Source: an uncultured delta proteobacterium (lineage in GTDB: Bacteria > Myxococcota > UBA727 > VGSZ01). From it: a DNA stretch of 64,000 nt. The stretch spans positions 864,001 through 928,000 of the forward strand of contig CAVZJB010000011.1 of NCBI GenBank assembly GCA_963775425.1, in the 5' to 3' direction. Position numbers and translations under genes: made by a program. This document shows positions 10,904 to 20,417 of the stretch, in pieces. Position 1 is the stretch's first letter. Each line of letters opens with the position of its first letter. The notes under the pieces are model-generated. The model had not been told where the DNA came from. It did no database searches and was given only the letters and a program-made list of their open reading frames with translations.

Positions 10904-12319
10904 TCAGAATGCGTGAGCGCCGTGGGCGCCGATGGAGACCTCGAGGTTGATCATGGCGCCCCACAACAGGTCGCCCTGGCCGCGCGTCCCCGCGTTGGCT
11001 TCGACCTGGATGCGGGAGAAGTGCGTCGGCGAGAACTCGCCGACGACGGATCCGCGCTGCGAATTGGGGCCGAGGCCGCCGTTGGCGGTGGCGACGTCGC
11101 CCTCGAGCCCGTCGAAATAGTCGTAGCGAACGCCCGCGCCCCACTCGGGGTTCGGGTGCCACACGAGCTGTGCGTAGCCGCCGCCGTCGACGACGGCGCC
11201 GGTGACATAGTCGGCGTCGCTCGGGTGCCGGGTGCGCACCATCCCCTCGCCGAGAAATTCCAGGAACCAACGCGACTGCGCCGCCGCGGGCTTGTACCGG
11301 ATGAGGAGATCGGTGCCCCAGATCTCGCCGCGCGCGCCGGCGTCGATGTACGGCGTGGGCCCGAGCATGGCGTCGAGGCCCCACAGGACGCTGACGTCGT
11401 CGGAGACGGGGAAGAACTGCTCGATGACGCCGGTGTAGACGAGGTCGAGCGCGTTCTTCACCGGCACCGGGGTGTCGGCTTCGGGCGAGAAGGTGCGCGA
11501 GCAACACGCGCCGCTCGTCCCCTGGACCTCGGCGATGAGGGTGACGGGCCAGGGCAGCGGCGTCAGCCAGCTCACCTCGCCGCCGAGCCCGCGGAAGTTG
11601 TCCTCGCCCATCACGGCGCCGTAGACGAGCGGCTGCGACACGAACCACCACGCGTGCGGGTGCTGTTCGTTGAGCCGCCCGAACTTCGAGAGGAACTCTC
11701 CGGCGCGCGCCTGCAGGCTCCAGGGGAGCTGCAGCGTGGTGGCGTACGCCTCTTCGACCTCGATGCTGTCCTTGAGGACGATGTTCGAGTCGAAGCGCAG
11801 GAAGGGATCCACGCTCGCCGCGAACGACAGCTCCACCTGCCGGAGGGTGAAGCCGTTCGACGTCGGATCGTGGCCGCCGGTCATGAGCGGCACGTCGTCG
11901 GGGTACTTGCTGCCCGGCTTGGAGGCTCGCGCGACGCCGAAGGCGGCGCCGGCGACGTCGAGGATGACGGAGATGTCGGGGTTCATGCTGGCGGCGCCGG
12001 GGATGGCGGCGCCGAGGTTCACCTGCGACAGGTCCGGCACCGCGGGCGCCGCGGGCGCGTTCTTGGCGGCGGCGGTGTCCTCGGCCTGGAGCTCTTCGAG
12101 GAGCTTGTTGTCCTCCTCTTCATCGGCCTTCTTCTTGTCGTCGTCCCCGGCGCTCTTGTCGGCCCCGGCAGCGTCGTTGGTGGGAGGGGGGCCCGTCTCG
12201 GGGGGCGGCTCGGGGGCGGGCGTGGGCGAGGGCGGCGTGGGCGCCGGATCGTCGGCGAGGGCAGGGATGGACAGGAGGGCGGCGCCCCACAACAGGGCGA
12301 CGCTCGTGATTCGGAGCAT
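10904..12319 (-). CDS. Zinc-regulated outer-membrane receptor/beta-barrel ('zinc-regulated TonB-dependent receptor' type)
   Basis: Signal peptide from MLRITSV; NPDISVILD, EVEEAY, FGRLNEQHPHAW motifs and C-terminal GAHGAHAF; adjacent to the metal ABC genes. Confidence 0.8.
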   Translation of the reverse strand: MLRITSVALLWGAALLSIPALADDPAPTPPSPTPAPEPPPETGPPPTNDAAGADKSAGDDDKKKADEEEDNKLLEELQAEDTAAAKNAPAAPAVPDLSQVNLGAAIPGAASMNPDISVILDVAGAAFGVARASKPGSKYPDDVPLMTGGHDPTSNGFTLRQVELSFAASVDPFLRFDSNIVLKDSIEVEEAYATTLQLPWSLQARAGEFLSKFGRLNEQHPHAWWFVSQPLVYGAVMGEDNFRGLGGEVSWLTPLPWPVTLIAEVQGTSGACCSRTFSPEADTPVPVKNALDLVYTGVIEQFFPVSDDVSVLWGLDAMLGPTPYIDAGARGEIWGTDLLIRYKPAAAQSRWFLEFLGEGMVRTRHPSDADYVTGAVVDGGGYAQLVWHPNPEWGAGVRYDYFDGLEGDVATANGGLGPNSQRGSVVGEFSPTHFSRIQVEANAGTRGQGDLLWGAMINLEVSIGAHGAHAF

Positions 12320-12401
12320 GACTTCTCTCTTCTCGACGGAGGGAGCGGGGTCGCCGGCGGCCGCGCGATCGGGCGCGGCGTCGGCGGACGCGAAGATGTT
12401 C

Positions 12402-12809
12402 TCAGGCGTCGAGGAGAGGGGGCCCGTGCTTGGGCGCGACCGCGAGGACCTCGCGCCGCGCGGCGGGGGCGTCGGGGGCTCTGGCGACGACGTCCCCGCC
12501 CGGACCGGCGGCGGGGAGCGCGGCGCCGATCGCCGGCGGGACGGTGACGTGTCGCGCGGCGGGGATGGTGAGCGGGCAGTGCTCGTGGACCTCGCGCCCC
12601 TCGGCGTCCGCGTACAGCGTGTCGGCGGCGCCACGCGCGTGGTCGACGTGCAGCGGGCTCACCTCGATGAGCTCGCCGTGCTCGCAGCGCTCGTGGCGCA
12701 CGGCGGACATGTGCACGAGGGAAACGGAGATGGCGACGCTGAACAGCGCGACGCCGAAGGCGCCCGCCGTGAGACGAGGAGCGCGTGTCGGTACCGTCCG
12801 CACGGTCAC
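12402..12809 (-). CDS. Small His/Cys-rich membrane-anchored leader protein ending APKHGPP (DUF2946-like)
   Basis: TM segment, then HMSAVRHERCEHGE...HEHC and C-terminal LAVAPKHGPP; first gene of the Zn operon; the GTG start is a guess. Confidence 0.6.
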   Translation of the reverse strand: MTVRTVPTRAPRLTAGAFGVALFSVAISVSLVHMSAVRHERCEHGELIEVSPLHVDHARGAADTLYADAEGREVHEHCPLTIPAARHVTVPPAIGAALPAAGPGGDVVARAPDAPAARREVLAVAPKHGPPLLDA

Positions 12810-13098
12810 GACACGCTGTGTGACATCGAGAGTGCGATTGCGCAAGGCCGGCGCGGCGCGGGGCAAACGGACACGCGGCGCGCTCACGTCGGCGCGAGGG
12901 TGACGCGCGCGGGCGGTTCGGGTCACCAGACACGTCGCCGCCGCCATCGCCGTCGCCGCCGTCGTCGTCGTCGGCCTCGTGGCCGCCGTCGACGGGTGGA
13001 CGCGTGGAGGCACGGGTGGCGTGGGGCCGGATCGGCGCGCCGCGTGGGCGGCTCTCGGTGTCGTGGGAGAGCGGTCGCGGTGGGAGGGGCCGCGCGGA

Positions 13099-14437
13099 TC
13101 AGGGGTGGGCATCGCGGAGCCAACGCGCGCGGACGGCCTCGAGCAGGCGCTCGTAGCAGGCGCCGCTCTCGATGCGCTCGCGCGCGTCGCGCGGCAGCCA
13201 GGCGAGGCGATCCGCCCAGCTCTCGAGGGGAGGCAGGATCAGCGCGAGGAAGCCCGGTCTCTGCTCGATGACGCCGATCTTGTCGAGGACGATGTCGGGA
13301 TCCGCGCGCACGGTGACGACGACGTCCGCCGCGCTCCCCGAGCGCTCGAGCGCCACGCGCATCTTCCCCACGGGCGTGGCGGGCGCCGCCTGCGGCGCCG
13401 TGGACGCCACCCGGGGGCGTGAGGCGATCGAGCGGCGACGTGGCGCGCTCGCCTCTGAGGACGGCGAGCTTGGTGTACAGCGTGGTGGTCTCGAGGTGCA
13501 GGTGCCCGAGGAGACGCTGGATGAAGCGAACGTCGGTGCCGGCCTCGAGGCGGCGCGTGGCGAAGGAGTGTCGAAGCGTGTGGCACGTGGCCCGCGCGTC
13601 TCCTTCGGCGAGGCGCACGGCCCGGGCCATCGCGCGCTGGGCCGTCCGTGGCCCGATGTAGCGCCGCGGGTCCTCCGGCGACGGGAAGAGGGGGGCATCG
13701 AGCGACGATGCCGTGCGTTTGCAGTGCTCCAGGAGCGCCGCGAAGCTCTGCGGCAACATGACGAGGCGGTCCTTGCGCCCCTTGCCCTGCTCGACGCGGA
13801 TGGTCCGGCGGACGAAGTCGAGGTCGTGGACGCGCAAGCGCACGACCTCGGACACGCGCATTCCGGTCGCGTACATCAACCCCAGGAGCAGCTTGTCCCG
13901 GAGGGACGGCGCGGCCGCGAGGAGGCGCTGCACGCACTCGGCGGAGAGCACCACGGGCAGCTTGTGCGCTCGCCGCGGCGTGACGAGCCCGAGGGTGATC
14001 TCGCGAAAGCACATCTTGTCGAACACGGTTCGCAGGCAACTGAGGTTGACCGAGACCCACGACGACGAGGCGCCGCCGTCCACGAGGAGCTCGAGCCATT
14101 CGCGTACGTGCTCGCGGCACGCCTCTTTGGGTGGCCTCCCGAGCCAGCGCAAAAACGCCCCGACGACGGTGGCGTACGCCTTGCGGGTCTTCGGTTGATA
14201 GAAGCGAATCTTCAGCTCCCGATCCACGACGCGGACGAAATCCGCGGCGTCGATCTCGGTGCGATCGAGGTCGACGACGGCGTGGGTGGCGGCGGTGACG
14301 TCGACGATTGGTGCGCGGGGCGCGTACCTCCCGCGCGGTTGCGTGAAGACCTCGCCGTCGTTGTACCGGCCGAGCCGGCCGCGCGCTCTCTCTCGAAACC
14401 GCGCGGCGCGGCGCGCATGCTCAGCGGCGGCGTGCAT
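13099..14437 (-). pseudogene. Tyrosine recombinase/integrase with a C-terminal extension, split by a +1 frameshift near 13413-13417
   Basis: N-terminal SAM-like domain; GMRVSE, GKGRKDR, HTLRHSFAT, LLGH...TTTLYT. Removing one base from the G5 run joins SPLDRLTP to PRVASTAPQ...ARWLRDAHP. Confidence 0.75.
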
Positions 14438-14521
14438 GGAAGGGCTCCGCGAGGACGTTGACGCCGACGGGGCGGGCAAGGCGGCAGAGCCGGATGAGGA
14501 GCACGAGGCGTGCGAGCCCCG

Positions 14522-14671
14522 GGAACGACGTGGAATGCGGCCGCATAAAGCCTCCGCCGAGCTCGTTGCACCCACCCTGCCAGCCGCCTCGAGCGCCACG
14601 CGCGGCGCACGCGCCGGCAGCCGCGCGCGGCGGTCCGTCCTCACCGGTTCGGCTGCACCGCGCGTCGTTCC
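14522..14671. repeat. 150-bp imperfect inverted repeat, attC-like
   Basis: GGAACGACG(14522-30)/CGTCGTTCC(14663-71), 5-nt spacers, then TGCGGCCG(14536-43)/CGGCTGCA(14650-57). Confidence 0.5.
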
Positions 14672-14878
14672 GCGCAGGCGCCCGTCGTTCCGATTCGACC
14701 CCGGTTTTCCCGAGCCAGACTTCGTGACATCATCGACGCCCAGAATCACGTTGCACGTGCCCGCTACGCGGGAAAAGGTCGTCGTGACGACGACGAAGTG
14801 GTCAACTCGCTCGCGTCTTTCGATCGACCGTGTTTAACGACACGCATGTGGCACGGCGCGCGCATCGCGTCGACGGCA

Positions 14879-15499
14879 ATGCCGGCAACGGTGCAGGACA
14901 TCTTCCGAAGCGGATTCTCTGCGTTCCAGGGCGATCGCGAGCTCCCTTCACGAATCACCAGGGCTGCGCACGCAATCATCGCGTGCAGGACAGCGATGCT
15001 CGGTGGTCACGTCGAGCGCTGCCCCGATGGTCACTTCGCAAAGATCCACTACAACTCGTGCCGGCACCGGTCCTGCCCCGGCTGCAGGTTCATCAGGGTG
15101 GAGCAGTGGCTCGAGGTTCAGCGAGCGCGGTTTCTGGACTGCGGTCACCACCACGTCGTGTTCACGATCCCCGAGGAGCTCAACGCGCTGTGGAGGCACA
15201 ACCGTCGCGAGATGACCGACGTCCTCTTCGCGGCCGCGAGCGAGACCCTGCTGGAGCTCCTCGGGGACCCGAAGCACCTCGGCGCGAAGCCGGGCATCAT
15301 CGCCGCGCTGCACACGTGGGGACAGGCGCTGCAGTTGCATCCGCACCTCCACTGCGTGGTGACCGCGGGTGGCCTCGACGCGAACGGGGACTGGCGCGAT
15401 GCGAAGAAACGCATCCTTCTCCCCGGGCGTGTCGCGCGTGACCTGTTTCAGGGGCGCTTTCTCGGCAAGCTCTCCCGGCTGCTCCGCGCAACGGGGTGA
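14879..15499 (+). mobile_element. Truncated IS91-family (Y2/HUH) transposase
   Basis: Zn-binding domain CRTAMLGGH...YNSCRHRSCPGC; HVVFTIP; LHTWG...HPHLHCVVTAGG (HUH). Stops at about 206 aa, before the catalytic YxxxY region. Confidence 0.88.
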
Positions 15500-15641
15500 G
15501 CCCCAAGCGACAACTGGGGCGCGAGATCGTTGAAACGTTGGGACGCTGACGCGTGCGCTCACCGACGCGCCCGAGTCCTGGCGGTCCCGCTCTCGGCGTT
15601 CACGACGCCGATCCCGGTGCGCGCGGCCCACGTAGGCTCCG

Positions 15642-16646
15642 TCAGTGCTCGGCGCGCCGCCAGCCGTCGAGGATACGGGTGTAGTTGGCGCGCTCGTAGG
15701 CGTGGGGGTCGGGCACGCTGTCGAGCGCGAAGATCCCGCGCGCCTCCGCCACGGAGGCGTAGCCCTTCTCGTCGAGCCACGCGGCGGCCCCTGCGGCGAT
15801 GCTCGTGAGGCGCTCGACGCCGCCCTCGAGGAGCGCAGACGCGAGCTGAACGGTGTCGGCGCCGCAGGTGATCGCCTTGAGGGCGTCCGTCGCCGTGTGC
15901 ACGCCGCCGCTGCACGACAACGAGAGCGGCGCGCGCTTGGCGAGGAGCGCCAGCGCATGCAAACGCAACGGCAGCTCCGCCGACGTCGACAGCACCAGCC
16001 GGCGATCAACCTCGAGGTTCTCGAGGTCGACGTCGGGCTGGTAGAAACGGTTGAACACCACGACGCCGTCGGCACCCGCGCGCGCGAGGCGCGCGACGAA
16101 CGCGGGTACGGATGCGTAGAAGGGCGAGAGCTTCACCGAGACGGGGATGCGTACGCTCTTGACCACCGCCTCCACCACGGCGGCCTGGCGATCCTCCACC
16201 TGGGCGCCGCTCTCGTCGAAGCCGGTGGCGACGTCGTAGAGGTTGAGCTCGATGGCGGACGCGCCCGCAGCCTCCACGCGCGCGGCCGCGTCCGTCCAAC
16301 CTCCGGGGGTGACGCCGTTGAGCGAGGCGAGCACGGGAACGTCGACGGCCTTCCTCACCCTCTCGAGGTGCTCGAGGTAGCGCTCGACGCCAAGGGAGAA
16401 CACGTCGGTGTCGGGGAGGAACGAGCGCGCCTCGGCGTCCGTGTCGACGTGCGCGTCGAAGTAGCGGTGCGCCGCCACCTGCTCGAGCACGACCTGCTCT
16501 TCAAAGAGCGAGCGCAGGATCACGGCGCCCGCTCCCGCCGCCACGTAGCGCGGCAGAGCATCGACGTCGTCCGCGATGGGAGACGCTCCGACAATGAAGG
16601 GACTCTTCAAAGAGAGGCCCAACCACGACGTGTTGAGATCAACCAT
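15642..16646 (-). CDS. Dihydroorotate dehydrogenase-like FMN protein (PFOR-associated DHOD_like family)
   Basis: LSLKSPFIVGASP, SLFEEQ, VKLSPF, FNRFYQPD and SGGVH motifs; overlaps the PFOR stop codon. Confidence 0.88.
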   Translation of the reverse strand: MVDLNTSWLGLSLKSPFIVGASPIADDVDALPRYVAAGAGAVILRSLFEEQVVLEQVAAHRYFDAHVDTDAEARSFLPDTDVFSLGVERYLEHLERVRKAVDVPVLASLNGVTPGGWTDAAARVEAAGASAIELNLYDVATGFDESGAQVEDRQAAVVEAVVKSVRIPVSVKLSPFYASVPAFVARLARAGADGVVVFNRFYQPDVDLENLEVDRRLVLSTSAELPLRLHALALLAKRAPLSLSCSGGVHTATDALKAITCGADTVQLASALLEGGVERLTSIAAGAAAWLDEKGYASVAEARGIFALDSVPDPHAYERANYTRILDGWRRAEH

Positions 16647-19600
16647 GACGCGCTCCCATCACCTGGATCTTGGCAAGCTCGGCGTAGACGGCGTGGCGCT
16701 CCTTCACGGCGCGCGCGGCGGCGGCGACGAGGCGCTCGTAGCGCGCCGGGTCCTTGAGCTCCACCATGCGAAACCGCGCCTCCTCCTCCATGTACTTGCG
16801 GATGGGCAGCGTGCCCGGATCCGCGTCGAGCAGCAAAGGGGCGCCGCCGGCGGCCGCGCGACGCGGATCGAAGCGATACAGCGGCCACGCGCCGGACTCG
16901 ATGGCGCGCTTCTGGTGCGCGGGGCTGTCCACGAGGTCGTAGCCGTGGGCGATACAGGGGCTGTGGGCCACGATGAGCGCGGGCCCGGGAAACGACTCGG
17001 CCTCGAGGAAGGCCTGAATGGTCTGCTGGTTCTTCGCCTGCAAACCGACACTGGCGACGTAGATGTGCCCATAGCTCATCGCGAGCAGGCCGAGGTCTTT
17101 CTTGCGCGTCTCTTTGCCGGCGGAGGCGAACTTGGCGACGGCGCCGAGCGGCGTTGCCTTGCTCTGCTGCCCGCCGGTGTTCGAGTAGACCTCGGTGTCG
17201 AGGACAAGCACCTTCACATTCGCGCGCGACGCGAGGACGTGGTCGAGGCCGCCGTAGCCGATGTCGTAGGCCCAGCCGTCGCCGCCGACGAGCCACACGC
17301 AGCGCGGCACGAGGTTGTCGGCGAGGTCGAGGAGCTCCCTTGCGTTCGCTTCGGCGCGCGCGCGGAGCGCTTCCTTGAGCGCCGCCACGTGGCCGCGACG
17401 CGCGGCGATCTGGGCTTCGTCGTCGCTGCTGCACGGCGACAGGAGCGCGTCGGCCAGACCGGGCGGCAGAGTGGACGCGAGCGCGCCGAGGAGCATGCGG
17501 GCGCGTGCCGCCTGGGCGTCTGCGCCGAGGCGGATGCCGAGGCCGAACTCGGCGTTGTCCTCGAAGAGCGAGTTGGCCCACGCGGGGCCGCGCCCGTGCG
17601 CGTCGGTGCCGTAGGGCGTCGTGGGCAGGTTGCCGCCGTAGATGGAGGAGCAGCCGGTGGCGTTGGCGATGATGAGGCGGTCACCGAAGAGCTGCGTGAG
17701 GAGCCGGATGTACGGCGTCTCGCCGCAGCCGGCGCACGCGCCCGAGAATTCGAAGAGGGGCTGCAGGAGCGGCAACGTCCTGACGTCCCGCGGGATGCGG
17801 GTCTTGTCGACGTCGGGGACGCGCAGGAAGAAGTCGAACGCCTCACGCTCGCGCGCCACGTTGTCGGCGAACGGGGCCATGTTGATGGCCTTGCGCTTGG
17901 GCATCGTCCTGTCTTTCGCGGGGCAGACCTCGACGCACAGGCCGCAGCCGGTGCAGTCCTCCGGCGCCACCTGCACGATGAAGTCGAGGCCCGCGAGCTC
18001 CTTGTGAAAGTGCTCGGGCACCGCCTTGAACGACGGCGGCGCGCCCTCCTTGGCCGCGGGCTCGAAGACCTTGGTGCGCACCGCGCTGTGCGGACAAATC
18101 ACCGAGCAGCGGTTGCACTGGATGCAGATGTCGGGCTCCCAGATGGGGATGTTCGGCGCGATGGCGCGCTTCTCGTGCTTGGCCGTGCCCGTCGGCCACG
18201 TGCCGTCGACGGGGAAGGCGCTCACCGGCAACAGGTCGCCCTTCCCTTCGAGCATCAGGGCGGTGACCTTCTTGACGAAGTCGGGAGCGTCGTCTCGCAC
18301 GGTGGCGCGCATGCGCTTGCCGGGAATGACCGCGGCGGGGCGCGCGATCTCCTGCAGGTTGGCGAGCGCGTCGTCGATGGCGGCGAAGTTTCGACGCACG
18401 ATCTCGGGCCCGCGCTTGCCCCAGGTATCCACGACGCTCTGCTTGATGGCGGCGAGCGCGTCGTCGACGGGCATCACCTTTGCGAGGGCGAAGAAACACG
18501 CCTGCATGATGGTGTTGATGCGCCGTCCGAGGCCGTGCTTCTCGGCGATGCTCGCCGCGTCGATGGCGTAGAGGTGGCAGCCGCGCTCGATGAGCGTGCG
18601 CTGCGCCTCCTCGGGGAGGTCCGCGAACACCTTCTCGCGCGGCGCGCTGCTCTGGATGAGCACGACAGCGCCGGGCGCGGCGCGCTCGAGCACGTCTTGC
18701 CGGAAGAACAGGCCGGGATCGTGCACGCCGACGAAGCGCGCCTTCTCGATGAGATACGTGGAGCGGATGGGCTTGTTGCCGAAGCGCAGGTGCGAGACGG
18801 TCATGGAGCCCGACTTCTTGGAGTCGTAGACGAAGTGGCCCTGGCAGTGTTGACCTGTCTTTTCGCCGATGATCTTGATGGTCGCCTTGTTGGACGACAC
18901 CGTGCCGTCGGAGCCGAGGCCGTAGAAGACGGCGCCGACGGTCTCGTCGTCGGTGACGCTGAAGTCCGCGTCCACGGGCAGCGAGAGCCGGGTGACGTCG
19001 TCGTTGATGCCCACCGTGAAGCGTGCGCGCGGCGACGCAGCGGCGAGCTCGTCGAACACTGCGCGCAGCATGCGCGGCGTGAATTCCTTCGATGACAATC
19101 CGTAGCGACCGCCGATGAGGCGCGGCAGCGTCGCAAGGGCGCCCCGCTGCAGGCCGTCCACGAGAGCGCCCGTGACGTCGAGGAGCAGCGGCTCGCTCAC
19201 GCTGCCCGGCTCCTTGGTGCGGTCGAGCACCGCGACGCCGCGCACGCTGTTTGGCAGCACGCCGAGGAGCCGATCGACGCCGAACGGACGGTACAGGCGC
19301 ACCTGCACGCCTCCCACCTTCTCGCCCTTGGCGACGAGCGCCTCCACCGTCTCCCGGGCGCACTCGGCGCCCGACCCCATGAGCACCACGACGCGCTCGG
19401 CCTGCGGGTGGCCGAAGTATTCGAAGGGCGCGTAGCGACGACCGGTGAGCGCGGCGAAGCGCTCCATCCGCTCGGCGACGACCTCCTCGCAGCGGGTGAA
19501 GAAGCCATTTTGCGCCTCGCGCCCCTGGAAGAACGCGTCAGGGTTTTGCGCGGTGCCACGTACGACGGGGTGCTCCGGCGACAGGCCCCGGGCGTGATGC

Positions 19601-20202
19601 GCCTCGACGTCGGCGACGTCGATGAGGGCGCTCAAGTGCTCGTCGTGCAGGACGGTGATGTTCTGGATCTCGTGGCTCGTGCGGAAGCCGTCGAAGAAGT
19701 GCAGGAACGGTACGCGCGACGCGAGGCTGGCGGCGTGCGCGATGGCGGCGAGGTCCTGCGCCTCCTGCGGCGACGACGCGCACAGCATCGCCATTCCCGT
19801 GGGGCGCACCGCCATCACGTCGGAGTGGTCGCCGAAGATCGAGAGCGCGTGCGTGGCCACCGACCGCGCAGCGACGTGCACGACACACGGCGACAGCTCG
19901 CCCGTGATCTTGTAGAGGTTCGGCAGCATCAACAGCAGGCCCTGCGACGCGGTGAACGTGGTCGCGAGCGAGCCCCCCTGCAGCGCGCCGTGCACGGCGC
20001 CGGCGGCGCCGGCCTCGCTCTGCATCTCCACGATCTGGGGCGTCTGTCCGAAGAGGTTGTGCTTGCCGGCTGCGGACCACTCGTCGGCGTGCTCGCCCAT
20101 CGGGGACGCGGGCGTGATGGGGTAGATCGCGATGGTCTCGGAGAGGCGGTAGGCCACCGACGCCACGGCCTCGTTGGCGTCCATTGTCTTGCGTGCGTTC
20201 AT
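16639..20202 (-). CDS. nifJ: Pyruvate:ferredoxin (flavodoxin) oxidoreductase
   Basis: YPITP, MQSEAGAAG, GLGSDGTV, two CxxCxxC...CP ferredoxin motifs, GACAGCGE, GGDGWAYDIG; 1187 aa. Confidence 0.97.
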   Translation of the reverse strand: MNARKTMDANEAVASVAYRLSETIAIYPITPASPMGEHADEWSAAGKHNLFGQTPQIVEMQSEAGAAGAVHGALQGGSLATTFTASQGLLLMLPNLYKITGELSPCVVHVAARSVATHALSIFGDHSDVMAVRPTGMAMLCASSPQEAQDLAAIAHAASLASRVPFLHFFDGFRTSHEIQNITVLHDEHLSALIDVADVEAHHARGLSPEHPVVRGTAQNPDAFFQGREAQNGFFTRCEEVVAERMERFAALTGRRYAPFEYFGHPQAERVVVLMGSGAECARETVEALVAKGEKVGGVQVRLYRPFGVDRLLGVLPNSVRGVAVLDRTKEPGSVSEPLLLDVTGALVDGLQRGALATLPRLIGGRYGLSSKEFTPRMLRAVFDELAAASPRARFTVGINDDVTRLSLPVDADFSVTDDETVGAVFYGLGSDGTVSSNKATIKIIGEKTGQHCQGHFVYDSKKSGSMTVSHLRFGNKPIRSTYLIEKARFVGVHDPGLFFRQDVLERAAPGAVVLIQSSAPREKVFADLPEEAQRTLIERGCHLYAIDAASIAEKHGLGRRINTIMQACFFALAKVMPVDDALAAIKQSVVDTWGKRGPEIVRRNFAAIDDALANLQEIARPAAVIPGKRMRATVRDDAPDFVKKVTALMLEGKGDLLPVSAFPVDGTWPTGTAKHEKRAIAPNIPIWEPDICIQCNRCSVICPHSAVRTKVFEPAAKEGAPPSFKAVPEHFHKELAGLDFIVQVAPEDCTGCGLCVEVCPAKDRTMPKRKAINMAPFADNVAREREAFDFFLRVPDVDKTRIPRDVRTLPLLQPLFEFSGACAGCGETPYIRLLTQLFGDRLIIANATGCSSIYGGNLPTTPYGTDAHGRGPAWANSLFEDNAEFGLGIRLGADAQAARARMLLGALASTLPPGLADALLSPCSSDDEAQIAARRGHVAALKEALRARAEANARELLDLADNLVPRCVWLVGGDGWAYDIGYGGLDHVLASRANVKVLVLDTEVYSNTGGQQSKATPLGAVAKFASAGKETRKKDLGLLAMSYGHIYVASVGLQAKNQQTIQAFLEAESFPGPALIVAHSPCIAHGYDLVDSPAHQKRAIESGAWPLYRFDPRRAAAGGAPLLLDADPGTLPIRKYMEEEARFRMVELKDPARYERLVAAAARAVKERHAVYAELAKIQVMGARHG

Positions 20203-20417
20203 CGACCCTCCGTTGGTGGGGGTCGTATAGCCCGGATCCGACCGCGCGAGCGGAAGGCGGCGGCGAGGCCCATCCGCGCTGTTCGCGGGCTGCGGCCCAG
20301 GGCGTCACATGGCTCCTTCGTGGCCGACGGCCCTGCGGCAGGCCGATCGTGCCGATTTCTCCTCGATAGCGGAGACGCGGCCGGCGGCGCCGAGCTTCGT
20401 CTTCGCAGTCTTGAACA

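Noticed and set aside
12805-12845. Zur/Fur box upstream of the Zn operon (GTCAC-N10-GTGAC and TTGCGCAA palindromes)
   Set aside because: Short palindromes that do not convincingly match a known Zur consensus, and the first may overlap the coding start.
12923-14749. 608-aa integrase ORF as given, or as a canonical integron IntI
   Set aside because: The first ~100 aa run through the hairpin/non-coding region, the tail is out-of-frame low-complexity sequence, the full IntI-specific insertion is absent, and no cassette array is visible.
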